64,000 nucleotides of DNA, taken from the IMG/VR virus record IMGVR_UViG_3300044731_002337, positions 62,001-126,000 of that record; one strand, written 5' to 3'. Under the pieces are notes generated by a model. It saw nothing but the letters and a program-made list of their open reading frames with translations, did not search any database and had not been told where the DNA came from. How positions within the stretch are numbered: the first letter of the stretch is position 1; every line of letters begins with the position of its first letter. Made by a program: the position numbers and the translations under genes. Positions 31,597 through 41,962 of this stretch are shown in pieces.

Positions 31597-32253
31597 ATGC
31601 AACTAGAGGATTGGAATGAACGTTCGGGTGTATATTTTATTACCACGGATGACATTAGTTTAGGAAGACCCATTTGGGTGAAAGTGGGTATGGCCAAAAC
31701 ACGAATGGTTGAACATGAAAAAGTAGGTAAAGGTCTAGGTCGACGTATTGATTCCTATTTATTATATTATCCTCTTGGCTTCAAGGTGTTATGCATTATA
31801 ACTACATTAGCCAAGCATGCTGGGAAAGTCGAAAAGATGATTCATAATGTATTACGGTCTAAAATGAGACAAATGGAAACAAAGCATTCGCATTCTGGGG
31901 AATGGTTTACATTAACTCGAAATGATATAGAGGCAATATTTTATGGATTGAGTAGCATCACACCAAATTATATGATTAAATCAGCGTGTCATTTGCTTGT
32001 GGATCAACCATGGATTGTCTCTTCCAATTATCGTAGACCACAGCAAACTATACATGTCAAAATGGATAAGGTGACATTGCAACTACATAATACGGTTCGA
32101 TTAATTAAAACGACAAAAAGGAATCAACGAAAACTAGAAACCAAACTAGAGTATAATAAGGATATTCATAAACGATTAGATTTTGATGAATTTCAAGATA
32201 AACCTTCTTCTTCTTCTTTATCAAATGTCTCTGTTCATTCACAGGAACTCTAA
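31597..32253 (+). CDS. T5orf172/MUG113 (GIY-YIG-like) domain protein
   Basis: GVYFI...VKVGMA...RRI...EKMIH...GEWF pattern. Confidence 0.7.
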   Translation: MQLEDWNERSGVYFITTDDISLGRPIWVKVGMAKTRMVEHEKVGKGLGRRIDSYLLYYPLGFKVLCIITTLAKHAGKVEKMIHNVLRSKMRQMETKHSHSGEWFTLTRNDIEAIFYGLSSITPNYMIKSACHLLVDQPWIVSSNYRRPQQTIHVKMDKVTLQLHNTVRLIKTTKRNQRKLETKLEYNKDIHKRLDFDEFQDKPSSSSLSNVSVHSQEL

Positions 32254-32299
32254 ATGGTGGGTTATGTCAAAGTCGATGGTAAGAAAAAAAAAGACAAGA

Positions 32300-32962
32300 A
32301 TGGAAGTGGTAAATGCGTATGGTGTAATCTATCCATTGACCTGTGTGTTAGCTAAAGGTGGTCATGCTATTATTTATCGAACTGTGAATCCGCAAGTTGT
32401 GGCAAAAGTCGAGATACAGAAAGGTCCAGGTCAATTAGCTTTATTACGAAAAGAACAAGAGTTTATGAGAAATTTCAAAGGGGTTACTGGGTTAGCTCAT
32501 TCATTGGATGTATATTGGAATATTAAGTATTACAAGTCTGAGGTGTTGAATGTCATGTATATGCCATATTATCCTTTTGCATTGGAAGAGTTGCAGTGTT
32601 CATTAATTGACATTGCAAGACAATTGAAGAATGCCTTGTTAGAATTGCATAATAGAGGTTTAGTGCATCGTGATGTGAATCCTGGGAATATTCGAGGTAA
32701 AACGGCGAACGAATTGGTACTTATTGATTTTGGGTTATGTGCGGTAGAGTCAAGGTTACCAAATAAGACTAAGGTGGCAACAGGAACAATGCCGTTTATA
32801 TCTGAGTCGGTAGTGGAAGGAAATCGGTATCGGTTCAAGGATGATATGGTATCAGCATGTAAGGTGATTCATTATTTATCGAATCGTGATCATTGGTTGA
32901 CTACACCGTGTCCAAATGACATTCAAGTCTTTTTCCTGGGCGATCCCATGATGACAACATGA
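32300..32962 (+). CDS. Compact Ser/Thr protein kinase
   Basis: LAKGGHAIIY, VVAK, HRDVNPGN, LIDFG, GTMPF, DD. Start 32300 follows an A-rich tract. Confidence 0.8.
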   Translation: MEVVNAYGVIYPLTCVLAKGGHAIIYRTVNPQVVAKVEIQKGPGQLALLRKEQEFMRNFKGVTGLAHSLDVYWNIKYYKSEVLNVMYMPYYPFALEELQCSLIDIARQLKNALLELHNRGLVHRDVNPGNIRGKTANELVLIDFGLCAVESRLPNKTKVATGTMPFISESVVEGNRYRFKDDMVSACKVIHYLSNRDHWLTTPCPNDIQVFFLGDPMMTT

Positions 32963-32979
32963 ATACATAAATTTGTTCT

Positions 32980-33483
32980 TTAATCAAAATGTGTGGCCTC
33001 ATTAAGAATGGTGTAGACATATTCAATACCAAAAGAGGACAGTCCAGATTCTTTGGTGGTTTGATCGTCCCATACCACATAGTCATCGAGGTTGGGTAGA
33101 CTGTATAACCATTCATGACATTGATCAACGATATCGAGGAGAGATAAGGAAGTGAAATAGATGACTGCATTGGAGTGAAATGATTCGATTATGGTTTGAT
33201 GTAGGGTATCCAGTTGATGAATACGGTTGATGACTGGAACACCTTGAACAATGGAAAAGTTGAAAAAGACTTGTTTGATAAATGAGGCGAGTTTGGCGTC
33301 AGGTAGAGGTTGTAAACGTTCCCAATCCGATAGTCGTGATACAATAGTACGTCCTTTTGCATATTCTTCTTCGATTCTGGCAATTTGCTCACTTTGTAGA
33401 GGTCTAAGGGTCCGTTTGATTACTCGGGTATGAATACGGATGCGTGAGAGTTCTTCCTCGCATTGGGTGTAGGATCTCTTCAT
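32980..33483 (-). CDS. Hypothetical protein
   Basis: ORF from MKRSY; AAATTTCCG is 52 nt upstream. Confidence 0.6.
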   Translation of the reverse strand: MKRSYTQCEEELSRIRIHTRVIKRTLRPLQSEQIARIEEEYAKGRTIVSRLSDWERLQPLPDAKLASFIKQVFFNFSIVQGVPVINRIHQLDTLHQTIIESFHSNAVIYFTSLSLLDIVDQCHEWLYSLPNLDDYVVWDDQTTKESGLSSFGIEYVYTILNEATHFD

Positions 33484-33542
33484 GTTGTGTCTCTCTCTCT
33501 CTCTGTATTTAATCATCAATAAAAGATTTAGGATCGGAAATT

Positions 33543-34841
33543 TTATTCGGGGATGGATGAGTTGTGAAGTAGATCAAATAGGGATTGGGATTCTGAGTAT
33601 GACAATTGTTCTTTGATGTAGGGTATAGAGCTCCATTCCATCCATGAGATGTTGGCATGAATCTTGTATTGTAATAGTTGAAGTGTAGAAGTCTTTTTGC
33701 ACCATTGGATGTTGGGAGAGGAGTTATGATGATAAAGAATGGTACCTACAGCAATGTTGAATAGTGAATTGTAGCGTTGTTGGAGTTCTTGTTTGAGGGG
33801 ATCAGTATGTTCCAAGGTCGAAAAGATGGAAATACCAAAAGTCGATTGGCACCATTGTTCAAGAAATTGAGGGGTAATATAATGCGGTTTAGATGAGTCG
33901 AGTAAATGGAGGAGTTGATATTGTGATTGTGTCCATATTTCGGTGAGTTGTTGATGGATAGCGTGGGGGTCAAAATAGTTCATATGGTCAATTTGGGATA
34001 GATAGGTCAATGTAGGGAGTGTAAGGGATTGCAATCGAACTACAATGGAGGAAGTAGGAAGAGGTAGTTCAAAGCACCAGCAAGTGGAGTCAAATTCTTT
34101 AGGGGTGGATGGGCGAATAGGGAAAGGCCAGATTTTGGCAAAGATGCAATTGGAGGGGAAAGGTGTTGGATTGGGAGGTAATGTTGTAGGTAGACGTTTA
34201 TGATGTGGTTTTTTGGTAGCCAGACGTTTCAAGGTATCTTTGAGTTGATGATGTGTAATCCATGCTTGTTGTAAGGTTTGAATATCAGAATGAGAAATGA
34301 CAAAGGGTGTTTTGTGTATTAATATGGAGGAGAGTTGTTGTTCATGAAGTGGATAATAATAGGTGACAGGATGATGATGGGAGACAATATACATTCGGTT
34401 GTGTCGAATGGTAATGGTATGATGTTGATGGGTAGTTGAGCATGAAGCATGTTGACCATACACAATGATTTGGCGAACCCATGAATTAAGAAAGGAGTAA
34501 CTGGGTTCAAGGCTATAATAAGTTGTTCGAGCTGCTTGTAAGGTATGTAAATCTAAGCCGCATAAGAAGATGGAGACTAGAGATATGGGGACTGTATGAG
34601 CATAGCAAAAATAGAGGTACATTTTAAAAGTCGTTTCGTGGGTATGCCAAAATTGGGTTAAGAGAGATACGTGTTCCCATTCATGTACATCCGTAATGGT
34701 ATAAGATAAGTGGGGTGAAAGAGGGATGAGTAAATGACCTTGTGGAGAGATAGTTGCATTGGTAGTGGATAAGAGTTGAGATAACTCGAAATGTAAAGAG
34801 GAAGGTAGACTATTATTATTATGAGGAGGAGGAGTAGACAT
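33543..34841 (-). CDS. Hypothetical protein (His/Thr/Gln-rich)
   Basis: Long ORF; likely start Met 34841. Confidence 0.65.
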   Translation of the reverse strand: MSTPPPHNNNSLPSSLHFELSQLLSTTNATISPQGHLLIPLSPHLSYTITDVHEWEHVSLLTQFWHTHETTFKMYLYFCYAHTVPISLVSIFLCGLDLHTLQAARTTYYSLEPSYSFLNSWVRQIIVYGQHASCSTTHQHHTITIRHNRMYIVSHHHPVTYYYPLHEQQLSSILIHKTPFVISHSDIQTLQQAWITHHQLKDTLKRLATKKPHHKRLPTTLPPNPTPFPSNCIFAKIWPFPIRPSTPKEFDSTCWCFELPLPTSSIVVRLQSLTLPTLTYLSQIDHMNYFDPHAIHQQLTEIWTQSQYQLLHLLDSSKPHYITPQFLEQWCQSTFGISIFSTLEHTDPLKQELQQRYNSLFNIAVGTILYHHNSSPNIQWCKKTSTLQLLQYKIHANISWMEWSSIPYIKEQLSYSESQSLFDLLHNSSIPE

Positions 34842-34908
34842 TATTTTTATTGTATTATAACAAAATGAATTCATACTTAGTCCTCGTTCTCATCCAATGG
34901 ATTTTTTT

Positions 34909-37900
34909 TTAATTGGTAATGAGTTGGTATTTTTGGAGTAGATACAAGAGGTAATAAATGGCAAGGACTGCTACGTTTTCATATCCTTGTTGATTTACGG
35001 GTAATGTCTCTTGATCAAACCAGGAATGTACGCAGGATTCCATGGTATCTTTTTGTATAATAAAGTTGTGTTTGCTAACAAGTATTGTAATATCATTATC
35101 ACTGGAAGTATAGGGCTGATGTAATGTTTCATAGATGAGATTGACATGTAGTTTACGAATAGGTGTTTGATTGTTTCTCCATTTGAGGATACCAAAGTGT
35201 TCGATAAAGCGAGACCATTCATCACGGGCACTTTGTAATAGTTCTTCTAAGAGTGGGTTTTTAGTATTCTTTTTTGGTGCTTCTGGATTGTTAATATAGT
35301 TATTGATGTATTTTAATAATTGGTAAGCATCATTCATGAACAGGATAAAGTCAGTGGTGAGGAGTGTATCTCGCATATAGCGAAAGACATTAGATTGGAA
35401 CCACACATCGATGGCAGTATTGGGTTGAATGGACATGTGTATTGGTTGATTGGGAATATTCTGCGCATAATGATGGGTAAAAATGTGTTGAGGTAAATCA
35501 GGTATTTCATCGACTTTAAAGCCGTAGTGACTGAGTAGCCATTCTTTTGCGCGGTCATCCTTGGTAGTGAATTGATTGTGATGGTCTAGAAATTGGGGTG
35601 GAGGATTAATTTGGGAAGGTTTGATTTGTAGGTTAACAGTCTTGTTTTGGGAGGCTAATAGTTCGTTGCAGAGTTCAGTGTAGCTTGAGGTAGCTCCATT
35701 GTTGGTGCGATGGGGAAAACGTTTGCGGTGTCGTTTACGTATTGTCTCTACAAATTGTCCAGAGGTACAAAGGGCAAGATCCATGAAGTTGCGAACACTA
35801 TGGTTAGTTAATTCACTGACCCGCTTATAGACAGCGTGATGATCATTTCGATTGGAGGAGAGAAATAAAGATACAATGATGTAATCGGTTTCTGTGCTGT
35901 TTTCAATGAGTAGGTTGGCATGTTTAGGGTCGTTTTTGGGGAACATGATGTCTTGCGTATCGGGTAGTTCAGAGTTCCAAAAGGCGTCATGAATATCAAA
36001 TTTGTTTTGGGTGAGGGTGGTAAAAAGGGTTCGACGGTTAATAGGGATCATACCGCGAGATTGCATGAAGATAGCAGACCATAATTGGGTAGCTGGATGT
36101 CCACTACCTTGGATGAGGTCTTCTACTTGGATGTTTGTGGTAAAAGGTTCGGTGCCTTTTTCACCGTAGCAAATGACAACAAGTTCTCCTGGGATGGTGT
36201 ATGATAAAGTGACAAAACATCGCCGGGTGATGTTATGATGATCACATACACGTTGTAGAACCTTTTTTTCGAGGGTATACTTTTTGTCTTGTAAGTTGGC
36301 AATTCGTTCAACCATCATGAAAGGACATAACAGACCTTGATAATAAATCATATACAAAACTAGCAATCGCTTGTAGTTAAAAGGTAAATGGGAAGTGACG
36401 GTAAGATAGACTCGTAAGCTTGCTGTCCAATCTACTGGGGAGGTTTGTTTGTAGCAAGATTTCAGTGTGTGGAGAAAAGATGATACATTGGGATCTTTGA
36501 GTACCGAATTATCCAAATCCAGCCAAGCAAGAAAATAATGGACATATGCAAACCACTTGTCGCGTGAAGTATTGAGAAAAAAGGGGTGATTGGGTTTGAC
36601 TTTTGCCTGCTGCTGTGAATAGGTGGTTAGATCACGTTCAATGGGTTTGGTTGCTATGGGGACTACTAATTGCGATTTCGATTTCCGTTTAGGGTTTAGA
36701 AGGGTCTTATATTGTATTTGTAATGGACTCTGGCTATTAATAGTTGTAGGCCTTGTAATGTTACATGCTGTTTGTACAACATAGGTTGCTGCTAGTTGTG
36801 ATATTTGTTTGGTGATTATAGTATGGAGACTCGGTAAGGCTTTATTTCCTTTATTGTTCAATGGTTGTCCAATAAATGACCAAATGTCATTGGGGTAAGC
36901 TTCAATTCCTTTAGGCCTCTGCTTTCGAAGTGTATCTAAAAATGTCTCCTTTAGGTTTGGTATTTTTTGGAGATGTTCAAATAGTTTTTGAGGTGACGTC
37001 CAGCGATTAGGTATATTCTCGCGAATTGATTTAATAGGACCGCTTGAGTTGAATGTAGCATTGATTAATGCGTAATTAGTCTTACGTTTTTGGTCGCCCA
37101 TACGTTGTAAATACTCGACGAGAAGTAAAAAATCCAAGAGATCTAATTGAGGAAATTCCTGGTGATATTTGATAAGATCAAGGTCAATTTTTTTGGGTGG
37201 GTATGCCGTGTTAGTTGTGCCTCGTGGGTAATAGTGTATCCGGATGTGATGAGGCACTTCACTTAGATTCACAATTAATGGTCGATCATGACCCTGAAGT
37301 CGTAGTGTTAGGTTATTGTCAAATAGTTGTTTAGAGATTTCCTCGATCTGCTCATCAGAGCACCATAAATGATAATACGATTGTTTAGATAATTGTTGTA
37401 AATCCGTGAACAATTGGGAAGTAAGTGGTTGACCTTGAGCCCATAATGCTAATCGTCGAGACGTGTCCTCTAGATCAATATGCCATCCACCTTCAGCAGC
37501 TACTGAGACTAACCACTTGTTCAAAGCATTGGTGGGTTTGTATTGGTATGTATTTTTTTTCAATAAGTCTGTAATGTTTTGCCATCCGCCATATTCAGTT
37601 ACCAGAAATTGACCATAGATATCACTCTTATTAATCATTCGTATGATCTTGACATTCACTTTGTTACTCAGTTGTATATGATTTTGTATTGCAATATTAA
37701 TAAACCCAAAAAGAATGGTATGTTGTGGAGTAGTATAATGTTTGTTGTGTCGTATATAATAATCATACATCTCGAATAGTGTAATAGATTTGTTGTTGTG
37801 TGAATAATAGACATTTGCGTGAAGGGCGTTTTTTGAACTATTCGTTTTTTGCTCTAACCAATGCGAACACCATTGAATGACCTCAGTAACATAGGTATAA

Positions 37901-38679
37901 AAATCTTTACATGGAACAAAAAGCCCACGCAACTGATAAGAGGTATGGGTTATCTCCTCCTCTACAATACGGGGCGTCCTTCCATTAATCGAAATAAACA
38001 TTTCAGAGTTCTTATTTGTATCTGAAAAGATGTCTCGAATACTTTGAACTCGGCACGAATTAGGCAATACCATCCCATTATCGTAAATTCGCAATTTAGC
38101 CATTTGCAAAATACGGGAGTTTGTGGTAAGTAAAAACCGAATATAGGCATCAATATACTTGTACCAAGCAGGTTGTGGGTTACTATTTCGAATAACATAG
38201 CAGTACCACAACACCCACAATATGTACATGTAGGGAGTTTCAAATATATAGGTGGAATTATCCTTTACTAAAATGGGCAATGGGGCATGTTCACATGGTG
38301 TTGCGGGTTGGTTTTGACTTGAACAATCAATAACATGATTGAGTAAGATTTCAATTTCCCGCGGTAGTTTAAATTGATCATAACCAGTTTCGTACTTAAC
38401 TAATTTTGCAGTATTTTCGACAATCAATTGCTTTGTTATGTCGCCATCGTGATTGCAATACATTAATAGTGTACCTGGAGGTAATAAATCATTTGGTAAT
38501 TCAACTTTATAATGTGGTAATACATCATATAACATTTTATCTGAAAGTTGATGGGATTGGATCGGTTTATAATATTTACTAAATACTTGTTCTCCAGGGT
38601 CATCTACCAATGAAAGAGGTTTATCACTATAATTTTCCTGTATAAATGAGGCAATGGACCAATTCGTGGTAGCAGACAT
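34909..38679 (-). CDS. Large hypothetical protein (1256 aa)
   Basis: Uninterrupted ORF with A-rich leader; no family recognised. Confidence 0.8.
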   Translation of the reverse strand: MSATTNWSIASFIQENYSDKPLSLVDDPGEQVFSKYYKPIQSHQLSDKMLYDVLPHYKVELPNDLLPPGTLLMYCNHDGDITKQLIVENTAKLVKYETGYDQFKLPREIEILLNHVIDCSSQNQPATPCEHAPLPILVKDNSTYIFETPYMYILWVLWYCYVIRNSNPQPAWYKYIDAYIRFLLTTNSRILQMAKLRIYDNGMVLPNSCRVQSIRDIFSDTNKNSEMFISINGRTPRIVEEEITHTSYQLRGLFVPCKDFYTYVTEVIQWCSHWLEQKTNSSKNALHANVYYSHNNKSITLFEMYDYYIRHNKHYTTPQHTILFGFINIAIQNHIQLSNKVNVKIIRMINKSDIYGQFLVTEYGGWQNITDLLKKNTYQYKPTNALNKWLVSVAAEGGWHIDLEDTSRRLALWAQGQPLTSQLFTDLQQLSKQSYYHLWCSDEQIEEISKQLFDNNLTLRLQGHDRPLIVNLSEVPHHIRIHYYPRGTTNTAYPPKKIDLDLIKYHQEFPQLDLLDFLLLVEYLQRMGDQKRKTNYALINATFNSSGPIKSIRENIPNRWTSPQKLFEHLQKIPNLKETFLDTLRKQRPKGIEAYPNDIWSFIGQPLNNKGNKALPSLHTIITKQISQLAATYVVQTACNITRPTTINSQSPLQIQYKTLLNPKRKSKSQLVVPIATKPIERDLTTYSQQQAKVKPNHPFFLNTSRDKWFAYVHYFLAWLDLDNSVLKDPNVSSFLHTLKSCYKQTSPVDWTASLRVYLTVTSHLPFNYKRLLVLYMIYYQGLLCPFMMVERIANLQDKKYTLEKKVLQRVCDHHNITRRCFVTLSYTIPGELVVICYGEKGTEPFTTNIQVEDLIQGSGHPATQLWSAIFMQSRGMIPINRRTLFTTLTQNKFDIHDAFWNSELPDTQDIMFPKNDPKHANLLIENSTETDYIIVSLFLSSNRNDHHAVYKRVSELTNHSVRNFMDLALCTSGQFVETIRKRHRKRFPHRTNNGATSSYTELCNELLASQNKTVNLQIKPSQINPPPQFLDHHNQFTTKDDRAKEWLLSHYGFKVDEIPDLPQHIFTHHYAQNIPNQPIHMSIQPNTAIDVWFQSNVFRYMRDTLLTTDFILFMNDAYQLLKYINNYINNPEAPKKNTKNPLLEELLQSARDEWSRFIEHFGILKWRNNQTPIRKLHVNLIYETLHQPYTSSDNDITILVSKHNFIIQKDTMESCVHSWFDQETLPVNQQGYENVAVLAIYYLLYLLQKYQLITN

Positions 38680-38735
38680 TAGATTGCTTTTTTTTTCAAA
38701 CTTTTATTTTTTATTTATCATGGTAGATATGTTTT

Positions 38736-39137
38736 TTAGTAAAGTTTGGTAGTGTCTGGAGTTTTCTCAAAGGACTTGTAGTAGTATAGCAGGCCAATGA
38801 GGATGAGGAATACAGCGCCTACGCATATGATGATAATGGCCCATACAGGTAGTAATAATGAGGAAGAAGAGGTAGTATTTTGATGATTGGCTAAATAATT
38901 ATCACATGCTAATGCTTCTTGTAATTGGGGACAACAAAAACTCCCTGGTGTAACACTACATTCATATTGTAAACAAAATAAACATTGTTGTGTATAAGGA
39001 CGTTCTTTACAAGTGAAACAATTAGACTTGTGTTTGGAGATGCATTGATATCCTTCTGTAAAACAAGTTGAGGCTGTAGTGGAATCGGTAACCGTAATTT
39101 TTTGTTCCGTCATATACTTTTGTAATGCATCACACAT
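38736..39137 (-). CDS. Small Cys-rich membrane protein
   Basis: Ten Cys in the N-terminal part, then TM segment LLLPVWAIIIICVGAVFLILIGLLYYY. Confidence 0.65.
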   Translation of the reverse strand: MCDALQKYMTEQKITVTDSTTASTCFTEGYQCISKHKSNCFTCKERPYTQQCLFCLQYECSVTPGSFCCPQLQEALACDNYLANHQNTTSSSSLLLPVWAIIIICVGAVFLILIGLLYYYKSFEKTPDTTKLY

Positions 39138-39160
39138 GTTGTTGTGAAATTTGGTTTTTA

Positions 39161-39634
39161 TTATTGTGTGAATATAGATTGTATGGCATCAGAGGTGAAG
39201 GGAACTTTATCTGGGAATGATGAAGATGATGATGAGGATTGTGATATATTGACTTTGGCCTTATTAGGAATATCACAAAGTTGAGGGACAACAACTTTAG
39301 GCATAAGAAAGGAAATTGTCTTCTTTGGTGTTTCAATTGGCGTAGTATGTACATGTTGCTGAAATATGGTTCCCGCATTGACTTGATATTGTTTCTTTGG
39401 TTCTGGTTTATGTTTTGTTTTGGATTTCTTGGTGGAAATGGGACCTAAAATACGATGAATATCCGCAATCGTATCCATGTGTGGTCTCATTTCTGGTGGA
39501 AGATCTTCAGGATTAGGCATGGCTTGAGGTGTTTTACCAGCTCGTACATTTCCAGCATGTTGTATCCGTTTTCGTAATTTCATACGCAATTCTTCTTTCG
39601 ATAAGTTGGCATTGTTATTATTGTTGTGTAGCAT
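39161..39634 (-). CDS. Hypothetical protein
   Basis: ORF from MLHNNN with KEELRMKLRKRI and a basic middle region. Confidence 0.55.
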   Translation of the reverse strand: MLHNNNNNANLSKEELRMKLRKRIQHAGNVRAGKTPQAMPNPEDLPPEMRPHMDTIADIHRILGPISTKKSKTKHKPEPKKQYQVNAGTIFQQHVHTTPIETPKKTISFLMPKVVVPQLCDIPNKAKVNISQSSSSSSSFPDKVPFTSDAIQSIFTQ

Positions 39635-39675
39635 GGTTTCTTTAAAGGGGGTGAGATGGGTAGTGTGGTGATAAA

Positions 39676-39885
39676 CTAGACGCAAATTCTTTTTTTCCAT
39701 TCACAAATGTATTGAAAATGGTAAATGGCCCATACAAATAGAAACAGAATGACATTAATGATTAATAACATACGAAAGCTGAATATGGGGCTTGCCAAGG
39801 AATAGAATAAAGCAACACAAGTAAGGGGTATAAGTATATGGATTAACATAGGATCTTCTTTTTTTTCTTTATTATTATATTCCAT
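39676..39885 (-). CDS. Small two-TM membrane protein
   Basis: Two hydrophobic helices: LIHILIPLTCVALFYSL and LLIINVILFLFVWAIY. Confidence 0.5.
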   Translation of the reverse strand: MEYNNKEKKEDPMLIHILIPLTCVALFYSLASPIFSFRMLLIINVILFLFVWAIYHFQYICEWKKRICV

Positions 39886-40606
39886 ACTTCTTTTCGGAGA
39901 GGACTTGATCAATACCATGAATGTGTGAAATGTCAAGAAGGGCTTGAGGCATAGCAGTGTCTTTGGGTTCTTGTTTACCGATATCATTATAATTGTAGGT
40001 AGTAGCTTGTGGTGGAGTCACGGATTCCGGTTGATTGATGAGTGAAGAGGTAACATAAATGGTAGAGAATTCAGTTTGTGTGAAAGGTAGTTCATTAATT
40101 AATAAATGATTATGTTTTTGTAGAAATTCATCATATTGTGGCAAGGTCATGGTAGGTTGAGTAGCACCTATTTTTGTACATAAGATGAATGGGATGATCA
40201 AGTTTTGTGTTGTTTTACCTGGTGCGGGTATATGAAACATGTAACGTGGTGGTGGAATGGGGGTATTGGGAAATAATTCATGGAAAAGTCCTAATTGTTC
40301 ATATGCATTTTGTTCGGCAAGTAGAGTCCCAAGAACACAAGAAGGGGAACAGTGAGGAATAGGTGACCAAATAATGGTATTAAGAGGTTCTTTACGTGAT
40401 ACTGGAGTAAAATAGAGACGGGTAGAAGTAGGTCTTCGTGGGCAATAAAAACAAGGAAATGCCCCATTAGGATGTTGAATAGATTCTGGAGTATAATTAT
40501 GACCCACAGTGAAATGATAAACACTCGAATTGCCATGAGGCGCTTGAGTAGACAAATTGGCTTGTTCTTTGAAAACAGTAGAACGTGGAATGAAAGACGA
40601 CGTCAT
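39875..40606 (-). CDS. VLTF2 (poxvirus A1L)-like late transcription factor
   Basis: CFYC...HCSPSC zinc motif followed by PIPPPRYMF and MTLPQYDEF, the layout of NCLDV VLTF2-like proteins. Confidence 0.5.
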   Translation of the reverse strand: MTSSFIPRSTVFKEQANLSTQAPHGNSSVYHFTVGHNYTPESIQHPNGAFPCFYCPRRPTSTRLYFTPVSRKEPLNTIIWSPIPHCSPSCVLGTLLAEQNAYEQLGLFHELFPNTPIPPPRYMFHIPAPGKTTQNLIIPFILCTKIGATQPTMTLPQYDEFLQKHNHLLINELPFTQTEFSTIYVTSSLINQPESVTPPQATTYNYNDIGKQEPKDTAMPQALLDISHIHGIDQVLSEKKYGI

Positions 40607-40687
40607 ATATATAATGGTGTGTTCCGATAATGATGTAAATGAGAATGAAGACTTGAGAAAAAAAAAACAACAATAACAAGAAGAAGA

Positions 40688-41614
40688 ATGAAACGGGCAA
40701 GAGAAGCAAAAGATGATCGGGGGAATAAGAAGCTCAAAATGGAAGCTGTGAAAAGGGTATCGCGTTTATACCCTTTAGCAACTTTACCTTTGGAATTTGA
40801 AGTGACAACACCAAAGCAACAAAAGGAAAGAGCCTCACAATTAAAAGCGGCATGGATGAATCATGAACAACTACCCAGTTTACAATATGAAGTTGGAACA
40901 TGTTTACATTGCTTTGGAACCTGTTATATGAATCGTAAGAAATCAGAAATGTGTTGCCGTCGATGTGCTACAAGTAAAAGTGTAATCTCTTCCCTTGTGT
41001 TAAGACGAGAATATGATCGAGATGAGAGTATGTCGTTAGTAAATGTACCAGGAACAGCGGTGATGATGAATAATATGAAAAAGTTTGGGGAGCAATGGTC
41101 ATCCGGATTTACTCCCTTTTCACAAGACATTTTAGAGTTTATGTACCAGCAGTATAGAATATTTAGTCATACAACTGATCCATGTCGAGTACAGGCAAGT
41201 CGTACATGTAAATTAATTGATGAGAGTAAAAAAGTGTTGAAAACATGGTCCATGCAACCTGGGAAAATTAAATCATTACGAAATCTATTAAATTCAGTTG
41301 ATCGATTAACCAAGGAACTAAAAGGTGATGGAATCCCAGAGTTTCAACCCAAAGATTTAGATTTAATATACCATGTACGAAAGTCATTAGGTCCATTAGA
41401 TAATGATGATGATAAAGATGGGAAAAAGACATTGAGTAATGCCTTTTTTTTCAGACAAATTGCTAGAATTCACGGGTTAGGACAAGGGAGATTATTTCAG
41501 CATGTTAAAACTAGGCAGATATTCCTAAAACAATCTCGTGTATTAGAAAAAGCATTATTAGATCATGATAATGGCTCATGTAATATTCGGTGGCAAATGT
41601 TTCCATGCACTTGA
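40688..41614 (+). CDS. VLTF3 (poxvirus A2L)-like late transcription factor
   Basis: Zinc ribbon CLHC...CCRRC and C-terminal KTLSNAFFF..F..VKTRQIFLKQ..WQMFPCT, paralleling the VLTF3 C-terminus. Confidence 0.6.
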   Translation: MKRAREAKDDRGNKKLKMEAVKRVSRLYPLATLPLEFEVTTPKQQKERASQLKAAWMNHEQLPSLQYEVGTCLHCFGTCYMNRKKSEMCCRRCATSKSVISSLVLRREYDRDESMSLVNVPGTAVMMNNMKKFGEQWSSGFTPFSQDILEFMYQQYRIFSHTTDPCRVQASRTCKLIDESKKVLKTWSMQPGKIKSLRNLLNSVDRLTKELKGDGIPEFQPKDLDLIYHVRKSLGPLDNDDDKDGKKTLSNAFFFRQIARIHGLGQGRLFQHVKTRQIFLKQSRVLEKALLDHDNGSCNIRWQMFPCT

Positions 41615-41660
41615 TGATAAAAAAAATTAGGACAATTAAAATAAAATAAAAGAATAAGAC

Positions 41661-41921
41661 ATGGCCAAGGTGACAGTAAAAGATCATACATTAATTCCAA
41701 CCGTATTAGGTTCATTAGGTATGTTGGCAGCTTTTTCATTTACTTTTGCAGCCCAAAGGACATTTGATATTTTGGTAACGGCGGAAGTAAAATGGAAAAA
41801 GTTGATTCTGGTATGGGGATATGCAGCGATTATCTTTGCAGTGGTGATTATAGTGTTATGGCAATATGGTGATCATCCCGAGGATGAAGTGATCATTGAG
41901 GCTAAGAAGGGTGATCAATAA
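41661..41921 (+). CDS. Small two-TM membrane protein
   Basis: Two hydrophobic helices; AATAAA-rich leader. Confidence 0.65.
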   Translation: MAKVTVKDHTLIPTVLGSLGMLAAFSFTFAAQRTFDILVTAEVKWKKLILVWGYAAIIFAVVIIVLWQYGDHPEDEVIIEAKKGDQ

Positions 41922-41962
41922 ATAAAGAAAAAAAAAGAAGGAAGATAAAAAAAAAATTTTTA

